A stretch of DNA of 53,776 nt from Magnetococcales bacterium (GTDB lineage Bacteria; Pseudomonadota; Alphaproteobacteria; UBA2136). Below the pieces are notes generated by a model, which was given only the letters and a program-made list of their open reading frames with translations, did not search any database and was not told where the DNA came from. A program made the translations under genes and the position numbers. Shown in pieces: positions 22,117-32,436 of this stretch (its first letter is position 1; every line of letters begins with the position of its first letter). The DNA lies in assembly GCA_002689455.1 (NCBI GenBank), contig NZGE01000015.1, positions 1-53,776 of the forward strand. Direction: 5' to 3'.

Positions 22117-24147
22117 TTATTCATCCCAAATACGCAAAGTGGATGGTGTAAAAGTTTGATATTTCATCGAACCTTTACTTAGAAATATCTTTTGCGCAAC
22201 TGCACCTTCGTTATTTTTGAAAAATGTTTTACAAGTTCCATTAAAACTTTCATCTCCAATAACCATTGATGCTATTTGACAATCTTCAAGTGACGGTTCC
22301 ACACCTGCATGAAGTAGTAAAACTTTATGATTATTCCGTTCCACCACACAACCAACAGAATCACAGGGGAAATGTTTTTCATAACCTGTTTCATGCGCTT
22401 TGTAATGTTCGAATATGTGCTTTTCACCAACCGAACCATCTTGCTTAAAAACATAATAACCATCACCAGCCTTTCCTAAAAGAATGGTTTTCCCATTTTG
22501 TAGCCAAATAATATCCGCCACAGGTACACTTGCATAAGTTATCCAAATAGAAACAGATGTTAATAAAGCAAAAGACAATTTACAAAAACGTTTAAAATAA
22601 AGTGAAGAAATAAACAGAAAACAAGCCATACTCAAGTAAACAACTTCCGACTTTTCAACCACAAAATGTCCATAAGGTAAAGCGCTTCCCAAGTAAGCAA
22701 TATCATTTAAAATATCCACACCATATAGCGCCACTTTAAAAAACAAAGAATGCAAACCGAATGGCATAAATAACAACCCTAAAAAAGCAAAAGGCATTAC
22801 CACAAAACCAGTCACAGGAATTGCCAACACATTCACAATAAAGCCTGCAAAATGAATTTCACCAAAATGCCAAGCGGCAACAGGCATTGTGGCAGCCCCC
22901 GCCACCAGCGATGTTAAGAAAACGCCTTTGGTGTATGTCATACCTTGTATGATTTTAATTTTAGAGCGCACTTCTTTTTCTTTAATTTCATTAAAAAGTG
23001 TAAGTGCAAAAACAGCCACGAAAGACATCTGAAAAGAAGCTGTAATAATACTTTCTGGCCATATAAAAAGCACCAATATTAAAGTAAGCATAAGAATGCG
23101 CAATGTATTATGTAAACGCCCTAATAAAAGTGCGAAGAAAATAAAGCTAACCATTAAAAAGGCACGTAAAGTTGGTAACGTTGCCCCTGCAATGGCTGTG
23201 TAAAACAAACAAGCGAACACTGCTAAAATAGCAGCAGGCATTTTTAAATTATAATTTAAGGCTAAAAACGGCGAAAAGGCTAAAACTTTTCGCAAACCAA
23301 AAAAAACAAAACCTGCCACCAAACCAATATGCAAACCTGAAATGGCTAATAAATGTGCCAAGCCACTGCTGCGGTAAGCATTATAAATTTCTTCCGTTAA
23401 ATATGTGCGCTTTCCTGCCAACAAAGCCACCAAAACAGATTCACTTTCACCAACCTCATCTGTTTCATTTTTATAAACCACTTTACTAGAAATGTTGGTT
23501 CGTAATTTTTGAAGCCAGTAACTGTTATGCTTAAAACCTTCTGGCCAACTTGTTTTATAAATACTTCCCATCACAAAGCCTGTGGCACCAATTTCATGCA
23601 TCCAGTAATACTGCCTTAGGTTAAAGTCCTCCTCAAAGCTTTGCGCTTTTGGTGAAAACAATTTAGCCTCTAAAGATATCCAGTCCCCCACAAAAAAATC
23701 CGACAATCGCCCCTCACTGCTGGAAATACGAATTTTCTTAGGCGTTAAAGTTTCATCAACGCCGTATATTTTCACATTTTCAAGCGTTACTTTATCGCGT
23801 CCGTCATACGTCGCACTTTTAGCAATTTGCCCCACAACCCAGTGCCGACCCTGTTCATATTTTCGGGGTAGAAAAACAGTTTCTTTGTTTTGCACAACGT
23901 AAGCAGTATTGGTTAAAAAAACACAAGAAGAACTGAACAAAACAAAGATTAAAAACACCTTAAAATAAAAACGTGTGAAATAGCTAATCACAAGCGAAAC
24001 TATTGACAATAATAGAAAGAAAGGTACACTCACCTCAAACGGCAAGTAAAAGTATAAAAATGTACCAATCAATGCACCCAGCGCCATAAATAACGGCACT
24101 GCATAACTTTCAAATTGAGTTTTAGGTTGTACATTTTCAAATAACAT
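22117..24147 (-). CDS. comEC: ComEC/Rec2 competence membrane protein
   Basis: SGLAHLLAISGLH, PTLRA, SFQMSF motifs; divergent from gltX. Confidence 0.92.
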   Translation of the reverse strand: MLFENVQPKTQFESYAVPLFMALGALIGTFLYFYLPFEVSVPFFLLLSIVSLVISYFTRFYFKVFLIFVLFSSSCVFLTNTAYVVQNKETVFLPRKYEQGRHWVVGQIAKSATYDGRDKVTLENVKIYGVDETLTPKKIRISSSEGRLSDFFVGDWISLEAKLFSPKAQSFEEDFNLRQYYWMHEIGATGFVMGSIYKTSWPEGFKHNSYWLQKLRTNISSKVVYKNETDEVGESESVLVALLAGKRTYLTEEIYNAYRSSGLAHLLAISGLHIGLVAGFVFFGLRKVLAFSPFLALNYNLKMPAAILAVFACLFYTAIAGATLPTLRAFLMVSFIFFALLLGRLHNTLRILMLTLILVLFIWPESIITASFQMSFVAVFALTLFNEIKEKEVRSKIKIIQGMTYTKGVFLTSLVAGAATMPVAAWHFGEIHFAGFIVNVLAIPVTGFVVMPFAFLGLLFMPFGLHSLFFKVALYGVDILNDIAYLGSALPYGHFVVEKSEVVYLSMACFLFISSLYFKRFCKLSFALLTSVSIWITYASVPVADIIWLQNGKTILLGKAGDGYYVFKQDGSVGEKHIFEHYKAHETGYEKHFPCDSVGCVVERNNHKVLLLHAGVEPSLEDCQIASMVIGDESFNGTCKTFFKNNEGAVAQKIFLSKGSMKYQTFTPSTLRIWDE

Positions 24148-24183
24148 ATACTGCCATATTGTAATGAAATTAAAGGTTTGTAA

Positions 24184-25605
24184 ATGACGAAAATGGTAAA
24201 AACACGTTTTGCGCCTTCCCCAACAGGCATGCTACACATTGGCGGAGCAAGAACTGCGCTATTCAATTATTTATTCGCAAAGGCGAACGGTGGTGAATAC
24301 CTGCTGCGCATTGAAGACACAGACCAAGAGCGTTCCACAGAAGAAAACAAAGAAATTATTAGAGAAGGCTTGGATTGGCTTGGCCTTGGCCCAACAGACG
24401 GTAAATGGGTGTTACAGACTGACAGTTTGGAGCGTCACAAACAAGCGGTTCAAAAACTTTTAGATGAAGGCAAAGCATATGAATGCTTTACATCAAAAGA
24501 AGAACTTGAAGCCATGCGTGAAGCACAAAAAGAAAAAGGCGAAACCATTCGCTACGATGGTCGACACCGCAACCTCACTGAAGAACAAAAACAAGCCTTC
24601 CGTGATGAAGGTCGTGTAGCGGTTATTCGCTTAAAAGTTGAAGAAGAAGGTACAACTTCTTGGGACGATGCCGTACAAGGCACTATTAAAGTACCAAACT
24701 ACACACTGGATGACTTTATTATTATGCGTGCAGACGGTTACCCAACCTATAACTTTGTGGTTGCACTTGACGACCATGACATGGGCATTACACATGTTAT
24801 TCGTGGCGACGACCACATAAACAACACCCCGAAACAAATGTTTGTTTACCAAGCTATGGGCTATGAACTTCCAATTTTTGCCCACGTACCAATGATTCAC
24901 GGTAAAAACGGTAAAATGTCCAAACGTGACGGGGCAACAAACGTCCTTGAATATAAAGAAGCCGGTTTCTTACCAGAAGCATTAAACAACTACCTTATGC
25001 GTCTAGGTTGGTCCCTTGGTGATGAAGAAGTTATTTCCATGGAACGTGCAACAGAACACTTTGACATTAACAACGTTAACAAAAGCGCATCTGTTTTTGA
25101 CCAAGTAAAACTAGAATGGTTTAACGCACAATACATTCGTGAATTAAACGCTGAACAGCTTTTAACACATCTTGAATACTTCTTTACTAAAGAAGGCTTA
25201 ACACTGAACGATACCATTCGTGGTTATTTATTAAACGGCGGCATTAACGCTGTTAAAAACAAAGCGAAAAAATTACCGGACCTTGTTAAAGCATTAGAAT
25301 TTTTCTTTAAAGCACCACCATTTAACTTTGAAGAAAAAGAAGTTTCCATACTAGAAACAGATGGTTACAAAAACAACCTACAGCTTTTTGTGAACAAAGC
25401 ACAAAACATTGAAGGAACAGTAAACCACGACACTGTTTCAGAAATTGTGAGCGAATTGTGTGAGGAAACCGGTTTGAAATTTAAAGATTTTGGCATGCCA
25501 CTGCGTGTTGCTCTAACAGGTACAACACAAGCACCAGGTGTTGGCGATATTGTTGAAATTTTTGGTAAGGATGAAAGCATAAAGCGTATTCAAAGCGCCT
25601 TATAA
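24184..25605 (+). CDS. gltX: Glutamate--tRNA ligase
   Basis: RFAPSPTG, HIGG, LRIEDTD, RGDDH, KMSKR. Confidence 0.98.
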   Translation: MTKMVKTRFAPSPTGMLHIGGARTALFNYLFAKANGGEYLLRIEDTDQERSTEENKEIIREGLDWLGLGPTDGKWVLQTDSLERHKQAVQKLLDEGKAYECFTSKEELEAMREAQKEKGETIRYDGRHRNLTEEQKQAFRDEGRVAVIRLKVEEEGTTSWDDAVQGTIKVPNYTLDDFIIMRADGYPTYNFVVALDDHDMGITHVIRGDDHINNTPKQMFVYQAMGYELPIFAHVPMIHGKNGKMSKRDGATNVLEYKEAGFLPEALNNYLMRLGWSLGDEEVISMERATEHFDINNVNKSASVFDQVKLEWFNAQYIRELNAEQLLTHLEYFFTKEGLTLNDTIRGYLLNGGINAVKNKAKKLPDLVKALEFFFKAPPFNFEEKEVSILETDGYKNNLQLFVNKAQNIEGTVNHDTVSEIVSELCEETGLKFKDFGMPLRVALTGTTQAPGVGDIVEIFGKDESIKRIQSAL

Positions 25606-25632
25606 AAACATCCAACCTCAAACAATAAATAA

Positions 25633-25658
25633 AAAAGCCCTGCTTATGCAGGGCTTTT
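25633..25658. terminator. Bidirectional terminator
   Basis: AAAAGCCCTGC-TTAT-GCAGGGCTTTT. Confidence 0.85.
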
Positions 25659-25676
25659 CTCGTTTATTAATTCAGC

Positions 25677-26072
25677 TTATTCGGCCAATTCAGTAGCTTC
25701 TGCTTGAGGCGGGAATAAAACATCTCCAATTTTGTCCAGCACAATGGCCAAACCTTTAAAAGACAGAACTGCAACAACAAGCAGCGCCAGCATTGAAACA
25801 ATGGTCAGCAACATTTTAGCGCCAAAGAAAACAGCAACGCCAATAATCAAACCAAGCACACCGCCAAAGGCCGCATATGTAAAGCCACTGGCTTTTTGCC
25901 ACGATTCGTTGGCTTCATATTTCATTTCAAACAGGCCGTACGAACACAAAATTGCCAAAACAGGCACAATCACGCTCAGCGCCATGTTAATGTCCAGACC
26001 ATCCAGTAAACCAAAGCCAGCAACAACCAACAGCGCCACAGCACCAAGTATAGAGTAAACAAGTTTAGACAT
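25677..26072 (-). CDS. Hypothetical membrane protein (~4 TM, 131 aa)
   Basis: ATG at 26072 (MSKLVYS) follows AAGGAGA SD; hydrophobic helices. Confidence 0.75.
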   Translation of the reverse strand: MSKLVYSILGAVALLVVAGFGLLDGLDINMALSVIVPVLAILCSYGLFEMKYEANESWQKASGFTYAAFGGVLGLIIGVAVFFGAKMLLTIVSMLALLVVAVLSFKGLAIVLDKIGDVLFPPQAEATELAE

Positions 26073-26144
26073 AATGTCTCCTTGAAATGTAAAAGGAAAA
26101 AGAAGTGTCATTTGACGGACTATATGTATGAAATTAATGATAAA

Positions 26145-26223
26145 TTGTCAAGTTATTGACAAAACAAATTCAAATTATTTGAAAAAATAAAGCAAAGTGG
26201 TTGTCAAAGTGGTTGTCAAAGTG
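26145..26223. promoter_or_regulatory. Palindrome plus tandem repeat in a divergent intergenic region
   Basis: TTGTCAA-GTTA-TTGACAA (26145-26162); CAAAGTGGTTGT x2.6 (26193-26223). Confidence 0.5.
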
Positions 26224-26319
26224 AATTTTAATACTTAAACTATTAGTAACAAATACTTTAACGTTTATCTTTAAACACTGTGCAATCCATTTGCACCTCA
26301 ACACCTTACAGGTACTCCC

Positions 26320-26685
26320 TTGATCAAAAAAACAACTTTTAAGTATGGCACATTGGCACGCCAACTTATTCCAACAGCCCGTACTGTTCATAGCAAAATA
26401 AAAAAGGCCAACACACGTAGTGAAGCTGAATCAGTCTTAAACATGTCCCTTTTTTCGCTGTTGCAAATGATTAGTCAAATGCAATCACTGAAGGATGAAG
26501 AATCATCGCTGGGAAATGAAAAAGGACAAGAGTGCATGTTCTTTGAAACAGCACTTATTTGCGCAGGTTTGGCTGTGCGATTCATGCAAATGCGTGTTGT
26601 TACACCAGAAAACAAGCCCGAGCTTTTAAAGCTTACAGCTGGTGTTTACGAGCATCTTAAAAAGTCTGCAAAAACAATCGAGTAA
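26320..26685 (+). CDS. Hypothetical protein
   Basis: 121-aa ORF (TTG start uncertain) ending at a terminator. Confidence 0.55.
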   Translation: MIKKTTFKYGTLARQLIPTARTVHSKIKKANTRSEAESVLNMSLFSLLQMISQMQSLKDEESSLGNEKGQECMFFETALICAGLAVRFMQMRVVTPENKPELLKLTAGVYEHLKKSAKTIE

Positions 26686-26713
26686 AAAAAGCCCGCATTT
26701 GCGGGCTTTTTTT
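26684..26713. terminator. Bidirectional terminator
   Basis: A7-GCCCGCA-TT-TGCGGGC-T7. Confidence 0.85.
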
Positions 26714-26716
26714 ACT

Positions 26717-28375
26717 TTAAGAAGCTAACAACTTGGCAGCGGCGGCTTTTGCCTCAGCCGTAACATCACGCCCTGATATCATGCGTGATAATTCATCCAA
26801 ACGCTCCTCGTCTGAAAGTTGAACAAGCGTTGTTCTGGTTGCCTCACCATCGGATTTTTTAAATATTTTAACGTGCCTATGCCCTTTTGAAGCCACCTGC
26901 GCTAAATGCGTTATTGAAAAAACTTGATGCTTTTCAGACAAGTTCTTCATAGCAAGCCCCATGGCTTCAGCCACATGGCCACCTACCCCCGTATCAATCT
27001 CATCAAACACAAGGCTTGTTGCAGCAATGTCTTTATAAAACACTTGTTTTAAAGCAAGCATTAACCTAGACACCTCACCACCAGAAGCAACTTTAACAAG
27101 GGGCGCTAGCGGTTGCCCTTTATTGGTAGCCACCATAAACTCAACACGTTCAGCACCTTTATCGTTCCAGTCTTCACTGGCAAGCGGTAACAAATGTGCT
27201 TCAAACCTTGTTTCAGGCATTTCAAGAAAGGCAAGCGACTTTTCAACTTCTTTTGAGATATCCTTCGCCACTTTTTGACGTGAGGCTGTAAGTTTTTGGC
27301 AAACCTCTTCATAGGATACACGCAAAGCCATGACTTCATGTTCTAAAGAAGAAATATCACCTTGCAAGTTATTCAATCCTTCCAACCTCTCCTGCATTTC
27401 TGATAGTTTTTCAGGAAGCTCATCAATGGTAATGTTATGTTTACGTGCAATGTCCTTTAAAGCAAACAAACGGTCATCCACCTCTTTCAAACGTTCTGGG
27501 TTAGATTCCATATTTTCACCCAAACGCTCAACATCGTTTACCAGCTCTGAAACCTCAAGTGAAACACTTGAAAAACGTTCACAAAGATTATTCATCTCAG
27601 AAGAAACCTCTGCAAGTGGTGAAAGTGCCGACTCTGCATGACGCAAAGCAGATGCAATATCAAAATCTCCCGAAAGAACACCAAGCGCTTCATTTAAAGC
27701 TATTGTCATTTTTTCAGATGACATTAAAAGCTTGCGCTCATCCGCCAGCTTTTCAGCCTCCCCTACTTCAACATTTAATTTTTCAAGCTCATCAATGTAA
27801 GCACTCAGTAAAATTTGCTCATCGGCTTGGTTTTTAATGCGCTCTTGGGCATCTAGTAATTTATTATAGCTCGAACGCCAAGCGTTATAGGCTTTTAAAA
27901 CAGCGCTACGTTCAGTTTTTAACCCACCGAATTGATCTAACATGTTCACATGATTTACAGGCTTTAAAATCAGCTGACCATCATATTGCCCATGAATATC
28001 AACCAACTTTTCACCTAAAGACTGCAACTGTGTTTGTGTAACTTGCGCACCATTGACAAAAGCACGGCTTTTATCACGACTTAACACACGGCGCAAGAAA
28101 AGCTCACCATCTTCAAGTTCTAGGCCATAGTCGGATAAAATATCACAAACAGGGTGTTTTTCATCAAGTGAAAAGCGAACTTCAATAGAAGCTTTTTCAG
28201 CACCATGGCGAATTAAAGAAGTGTCAGCTCTTGCACCTAACCCAAGTGAAAGCGCATCAATGAGCATAGATTTACCAGCACCTGTTTCACCCGTAATAAT
28301 GGTAAAACCTTCTTTAAAGGTAACCGAGCATTGCTCAATTAAGCCGACATTGTGAATGTTTAAATGCGCTAGCAT
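26717..28375 (-). CDS. recN: DNA repair protein RecN
   Basis: ITGETGAGKS, DIHGQ, ASGGEVSR, FDEIDTG, ITHLAQVA. Confidence 0.98.
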   Translation of the reverse strand: MLAHLNIHNVGLIEQCSVTFKEGFTIITGETGAGKSMLIDALSLGLGARADTSLIRHGAEKASIEVRFSLDEKHPVCDILSDYGLELEDGELFLRRVLSRDKSRAFVNGAQVTQTQLQSLGEKLVDIHGQYDGQLILKPVNHVNMLDQFGGLKTERSAVLKAYNAWRSSYNKLLDAQERIKNQADEQILLSAYIDELEKLNVEVGEAEKLADERKLLMSSEKMTIALNEALGVLSGDFDIASALRHAESALSPLAEVSSEMNNLCERFSSVSLEVSELVNDVERLGENMESNPERLKEVDDRLFALKDIARKHNITIDELPEKLSEMQERLEGLNNLQGDISSLEHEVMALRVSYEEVCQKLTASRQKVAKDISKEVEKSLAFLEMPETRFEAHLLPLASEDWNDKGAERVEFMVATNKGQPLAPLVKVASGGEVSRLMLALKQVFYKDIAATSLVFDEIDTGVGGHVAEAMGLAMKNLSEKHQVFSITHLAQVASKGHRHVKIFKKSDGEATRTTLVQLSDEERLDELSRMISGRDVTAEAKAAAAKLLAS

Positions 28376-28387
28376 TCCAAGTAAACC

Positions 28388-29221
28388 TTAGTTATGTTGT
28401 TCAGAAACGGAACTTTTAATACCTTTCCAGATAGAGCCTAACCATGAAGTTTCTTCTACCTGTGTTGGTACTTTAAGGTTACGTTCACCCAGCAAGGCAT
28501 ATGCCTTCGCATACCAAGAAGAACTTGGGTAGTTGTAACCTAAAACAGCTGCTGATTCAGTGGCTTCGTCTTCAATACCAAGCGCTAAATAGCTTTCAGT
28601 AATACGGTATAAAGCTTCTGGTGTTTGGCTTGTTGTTTGGTAATTTTCAATAACCGTACGGAAACGATTAATGGCAGCCATATAACGTTCATCTTTTTGG
28701 TAATAACGACCCACCATCATTTCTTTGCCTGCCAAGTGGTCTAAGCATAGTGTAATTTTAAGTTTAGCGTCTTTGGCATAGTCAGAAGCAGGGTAACGCT
28801 CTGTCAGCTCATTAAACGCTTTAAGCGCCTCTTCCGTAAATTGCTGGTCACGACGTACATCGCTAATACGGTTATAGTGTGACATACCCTTTAAATATAG
28901 CATGTATGAAATATCTTTATGACCAGGGTGTGATGCGATAAAACGGTCCGCAGCTGGAACAGCTTCGTCATAACGTTCGCTGGTGTAAAGAGCAAAAACA
29001 ACCATCATTTGTGCGCGCGTAGCCCAGCCCGAATATGGATGTTGACGCTCTAGTTCTTCAAAAGCGTGAATAGACTCACCATAAGAGCCTTCAGATAAAT
29101 AATCCATTCCTTGGTTATAAAGTAGTTCAACTTCACCCACCAATTCTTTGTTTTCAGTCGTTGAAGAACAAGCGGTAAGAGCCATAGATGCAACGATTAC
29201 TGATAGCTTAAGGAATTTCAT
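28388..29221 (-). CDS. bamD: Outer membrane assembly lipoprotein BamD
   Basis: Lipobox LTAC, TPR repeats, RQHPYS, AAINRF, LGYNYPSSSWY; bamD-recN order. Confidence 0.95.
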   Translation of the reverse strand: MKFLKLSVIVASMALTACSSTTENKELVGEVELLYNQGMDYLSEGSYGESIHAFEELERQHPYSGWATRAQMMVVFALYTSERYDEAVPAADRFIASHPGHKDISYMLYLKGMSHYNRISDVRRDQQFTEEALKAFNELTERYPASDYAKDAKLKITLCLDHLAGKEMMVGRYYQKDERYMAAINRFRTVIENYQTTSQTPEALYRITESYLALGIEDEATESAAVLGYNYPSSSWYAKAYALLGERNLKVPTQVEETSWLGSIWKGIKSSVSEQHN

Positions 29222-29430
29222 ATTATAACCTTTATTTTTTATGATTTTTAAACCTCACAAAATTAACATTTTTAAAAACGGTTTTCCACTTTAAAAACAA
29301 ATTTTAATGACTTTACATCCTTTAGGGCTTGTTAAATTAAATTGATAAGCATATATAGTAACTTAACTGGGATTAAACCCTTTACTTTACATGCCTTTCA
29401 ACTGCTACCAAATGTAGCTAAGGACCTTTT

Positions 29431-30003
29431 ATGCATTGCCCCCAATGCCTTGCCCTTGAAGATGAGTTAAACAAAGCTTATGTCGAAATTGAACAACTAA
29501 AGGCGGAACTATTAAAGGTTAAACGTACGAACCCTCTAACAGGTCTACCGAACAAAGTTGCATTAAATGAGAAGCTAAGAGAAGCCCTGGCACAGTCAAA
29601 ACGTGGCCGTAAAACATACATTCTATTCATTGATTTAGATAATTTCAAAGAACTGAATGATACTTACAGCCATGAACTGGGTGACGAAGCGCTTAAAGCT
29701 GTTGCACTAACTTTAAAAAACACTGTTCGTTTGACTGATACTGTTTTTCACATGAGTGGTGATGAATTCGCGGTGATGGCAGAGACAAAGAATGTTTCCG
29801 CTGTTCTCTATAAAATTATAGATGCAATACAGAATACATCCGTACAAGTAAATGAAAAAAATATCATTAACTTAGGCGCATCTATAGGTTTTAACCTTAT
29901 TGAGGGGCCTGATGTACGCACTGTTTTAGAAGGGGCTGATAAATCCCTTCAATCCGACAAGCACATGCGTGAAATTCAAGGTTTTCGACACAAACGTGTT
30001 TAA
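29431..30003 (+). CDS. Small GGDEF-domain protein (SGDEF variant)
   Basis: PLTGLPN, FIDLDNFKELND, RLTD I-site, MSGDEF; N-terminal CPQC and coiled coil. Confidence 0.88.
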   Translation: MHCPQCLALEDELNKAYVEIEQLKAELLKVKRTNPLTGLPNKVALNEKLREALAQSKRGRKTYILFIDLDNFKELNDTYSHELGDEALKAVALTLKNTVRLTDTVFHMSGDEFAVMAETKNVSAVLYKIIDAIQNTSVQVNEKNIINLGASIGFNLIEGPDVRTVLEGADKSLQSDKHMREIQGFRHKRV

Positions 30004-30029
30004 ATTTACGCCCACCATCGAAATATAAA

Positions 30030-30058
30030 AAAAACACCCTCAAAATGAGGGTGTTTTT
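30030..30058. terminator. Bidirectional terminator
   Basis: AAAAACACCCTCA-AAA-TGAGGGTGTTTTT. Confidence 0.85.
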
Positions 30059-30078
30059 ATTCGATACATAGTTAATAA

Positions 30079-30456
30079 TTACCAGAACCCGAGGGATTGC
30101 CCCATATAATAGCCTGAAATAAGAAGAATCATCCCAACAACACCAATGGTTATCCCTTTCACACTTAAAAAAGGTTTATCATTTTTTGTTTTTTCATCTG
30201 AAACTTCAACATCACGTTCCGCATAGTCTTTCGGCGCTTGTGGTTCTACTTCTTGCGCCTGAACTTTGGGTGCTGAATCTCTTTTGGCATCCAGCTCCAT
30301 AGCTGCCGATGCCGCTTCTGGCTGGCATGACGACGTTTCTTCAGCTTTCGTTGCGCTTTCGTTTGCATTTGAACCATCCTGTTTTTGCTTTGCTTTACGG
30401 CTTCGCATTTGACGTTTTCTTTGAGACTGCTTACGGTTATATGAATTTGACATCAT
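30079..30456 (-). CDS. Hypothetical tail-anchored membrane protein
   Basis: AGGAG SD; basic N-terminus, low-complexity acidic middle, single C-terminal TM. Confidence 0.7.
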   Translation of the reverse strand: MMSNSYNRKQSQRKRQMRSRKAKQKQDGSNANESATKAEETSSCQPEAASAAMELDAKRDSAPKVQAQEVEPQAPKDYAERDVEVSDEKTKNDKPFLSVKGITIGVVGMILLISGYYMGQSLGFW

Positions 30457-30594
30457 AATCTCCTAAGGAAAGAAAAAAGCAAAAGATATTTTGCTTTTAA
30501 GGTCAATGCCTAATGTCATCATTAGGCTATAAAAAATAAAGTATCTAAATATGTATACATAATTTATACACGCACAATCTCAAACATTCAAGAA

Positions 30595-31446
30595 TTATTT
30601 TTTAGATGCTTTTGAAGGCTTTTTAGCTGTTTTAGCTTTTATCTTTTTTTCAGCAGCTTTTTCAGATGCAATACGCTGAGCAGTTATAGCCTTAGCTTCT
30701 TTCACATCTTTACTTGTAACTTTTGGCACAATCACATTTTCACGGTCTTGTTTTTTCTGTTCTTTTTGTAAAGCGTCGTAACCTTCAGCTGTGGTAGGAG
30801 TAATAATACCTGCTGAAATCACCATTTTAACACCTTGCTCCACAGTCATATGCAGAGGCTTTAATTCAGACCTTGGCACAAACAATAAAAAACCTGAAGT
30901 TGGGTTTGGCGTTGTTGGTAAAAACACGTTCACTAAATCACATTTTTGACTACGCCCCACTTCACCCTTTGTTTCCCCTGTTACAAAAGCAATAGCCCAA
31001 AGCCCTGGGCGCGGGTATTCAACCATCACAACCTCACGAAATGAAGAAGAATTTGAAACAGAGACTGTATCAATCACCTGTTTAACTGCACCATAAATAG
31101 AACGCACGCCTGGAATGCTTGTAACAATATTTTCAGCCCATTTCACAAGCTTTGCACCCACAAAGTTACGTACAGAAATACCAATAAACACAAGCGCTAA
31201 AACACCCATAAACAACTCAACACCGGGGATATCATATGGCAAGAAATTGCTTGGTGCAAAACGTGGTGGGAAGAAAGATTCCGCAACATTATTCACAACA
31301 CTCACTGTAAACTTAATAATATAAAAAGTAATAATAATTGGTAAAACAACCAATAAACCTGTTAAAAAGCAACCACGCAACCAAGACAAAAACCCTGGTT
31401 TTTTAGTTTGTGTATTTTTACTAGATTTTTTTTGTTTTTTCGCCAT
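30595..31446 (-). CDS. DUF502 family membrane protein
   Basis: FLTGLLVVLP, IPGVRSIY, VEYPRPG, FLPTTPNPTSG. Confidence 0.93.
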   Translation of the reverse strand: MAKKQKKSSKNTQTKKPGFLSWLRGCFLTGLLVVLPIIITFYIIKFTVSVVNNVAESFFPPRFAPSNFLPYDIPGVELFMGVLALVFIGISVRNFVGAKLVKWAENIVTSIPGVRSIYGAVKQVIDTVSVSNSSSFREVVMVEYPRPGLWAIAFVTGETKGEVGRSQKCDLVNVFLPTTPNPTSGFLLFVPRSELKPLHMTVEQGVKMVISAGIITPTTAEGYDALQKEQKKQDRENVIVPKVTSKDVKEAKAITAQRIASEKAAEKKIKAKTAKKPSKASKK

Positions 31447-31522
31447 TTTTTTTACCCTGTTTTATATTGCAATAGAACTATAAAGCACAAACAAGTTTAC
31501 GACAATCATTACTTTAAAACGA

Positions 31523-32425
31523 TTATACATGCGGTGCAATGTAATGTGGCACAATACCCGTTTTCTCAATATACTCTTTTGCTAAACCACCCGTAAAAAT
31601 CCCGCTTTCAACAAGCAAAGTTTTAAAACCCATATTCAAACCACCTAAAATGTCGGTGTGTAAGCTATCGCCCACCATCAACACATTTTCAGGCTTACCT
31701 TTATAATCCATAAAATCCAATGCATATTGGAAAATTTTAGCATCAGGCTTACCTAGAAGTGTTGGCTTTTTACTAAAGCCCGTCCGCATATAAAAGTCGT
31801 GCATGTAAAGGCCAGGTGTTGGCACAAAAACACTGCCACTTGGCGCGCCCACATCGGGGTTTGCAATCAACACTTCTTCTAATTTTTTAGCAGATGTAAC
31901 TAAATTGTCTTGCCAATTTTTTTGCCAACCAGCACCCACCAAATACATTAGTCTTTTAACATCAGCATGCAATAAACCTTCCGTTGCATTCAGGTTATGT
32001 ATTTTAGGAAAATCGTCTTGAATTGGGTTTTGACCATAACAAGTTGCCGCAATGTTTTCATGACTATCTGTATTTTTAAGGTAATGTTCTGTCACATCTA
32101 AGCTAGTTACAATTTCTGATTTTTTAAAACCAAATCCAAGTTTTTGATACTTCCCTTCCACCGTACGCCAACCATTCATACTGTCATTTGAAACAATGCA
32201 AAAAGGAATATTTTTTTTGCGTAACATATCAATCGCATGTAAAGCTTCATGAATAACTTCTGGCCCACGGCATAGCACACCGTAAGAATCAAGAAGCACC
32301 AATTCCACACCATCTAAACAGCCTTCTAAAGAAGGTACTTCTCTGGATAACTTTGGCATTTCACTTGGGTATTCATACCAATGTTTACTTGTTTCATATA
32401 CGCTTATAATATCATCTAACTGCAT
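31523..32425 (-). CDS. HAD-superfamily IIA hydrolase
   Basis: LLDSYGVL, VSND, ANPD, GKPD, MVGDSLHTDILG. Confidence 0.88.
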   Translation of the reverse strand: MQLDDIISVYETSKHWYEYPSEMPKLSREVPSLEGCLDGVELVLLDSYGVLCRGPEVIHEALHAIDMLRKKNIPFCIVSNDSMNGWRTVEGKYQKLGFGFKKSEIVTSLDVTEHYLKNTDSHENIAATCYGQNPIQDDFPKIHNLNATEGLLHADVKRLMYLVGAGWQKNWQDNLVTSAKKLEEVLIANPDVGAPSGSVFVPTPGLYMHDFYMRTGFSKKPTLLGKPDAKIFQYALDFMDYKGKPENVLMVGDSLHTDILGGLNMGFKTLLVESGIFTGGLAKEYIEKTGIVPHYIAPHV

Positions 32426-32436
32426 GATACATTCCC

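Noticed and set aside
12940-29380. CtrA boxes (TTAA-N7-TTAA) in intergenic regions near 12958, 26235 and 29363
   Set aside because: Candidates have the wrong spacing or mismatches in very AT-rich DNA.
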